From the NCBI GenBank assembly GCA_965112155.1, contig OZ218101.1: a stretch of 64,000 bases of DNA. One strand, given 5' to 3'. The notes beneath the pieces are model-generated. The model was not told where the DNA came from. It saw nothing but the letters and a program-made list of their open reading frames with translations, and ran no database searches. Below, piece after piece: positions 63,584-64,000 of this stretch. The position numbers and the translations under genes are program-made. How positions within the stretch are numbered: the stretch's first letter is position 1; every line of letters starts with the position of its first letter. The stretch comes from Podarcis liolepis. Lineage: Eukaryota.

Positions 63584-64000
63584 TATTTCTGAGCAGTTCC
63601 GTATGTACAGGATTCCACCACTCAGCAGGGCATTTTAATCACCTTTGTTCTTTATTAGACAGTAAGCTAGTGAATTCTGCTTTTATACGTGCTCATTGTC
63701 TTTTGTTTTACAGAGAGGAATTGGAAAACATTTAGCAGGGAAAGTAACTGGACACTAATGTATTGGACACTCAGATGCTCTGATTAATGAGAAATGAATT
63801 AAAAGGTGGTATCTAGTAACAAATTAAATATAAATGTATCAATGTAGACAAAAGAATTAATCTTCCTAAATTTATGTATGTTATCGTGAATGGATTTGTG
63901 GTGGTGATGGTGGTTGTGTGAGTGATTAATGGATCCCTCCCTGTGCCTGCCCCTGCCCCAACCAAGCAATAAAAAAATGAAATTTCCACAACAAGATACT

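Overview
Eukaryotic, repeat-rich vertebrate DNA, most likely from a squamate and probably a lacertid lizard (inferred from Sauria/Squam-type SINEs, tRNA-Lys/CR1-tail SINEs, CR1 and L2 LINEs). The whole window lies inside the MTUS2 gene on the minus strand. Two canonical coding exons are clear (61564-61804, 55509-55715). Everything below 55509 is one long phase-1 intron whose next exon I did not find in the window. That intron holds three notable things. (i) A chain of splice-phase-compatible exons (22215-22329, 18016-18241, 13603-13649) that looks like an internal-promoter MTUS2 isoform. (ii) A young ~4 kb CR1 LINE with an open ORF2, a 5'-clipped ORF1 and a 47-bp inverted duplication of flanking DNA at its 5' junction. 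(iii) The best novelty candidate: a decayed ~1.2 kb plus-strand segment (about 27838-29040) whose frameshift-joined translation follows the motif order of a Mononegavirales (paramyxovirus/bornavirus-like) nucleoprotein, i.e. a putative endogenous viral element. The rest is SINEs, L2/CR1 fragments, TA-TSD (Tc1/mariner-type) and 8-bp-TSD (hAT-type) MITEs, LTR-like pieces and microsatellites. Protein comparisons were made from memory without database searches. Boundaries of old repeats are approximate.
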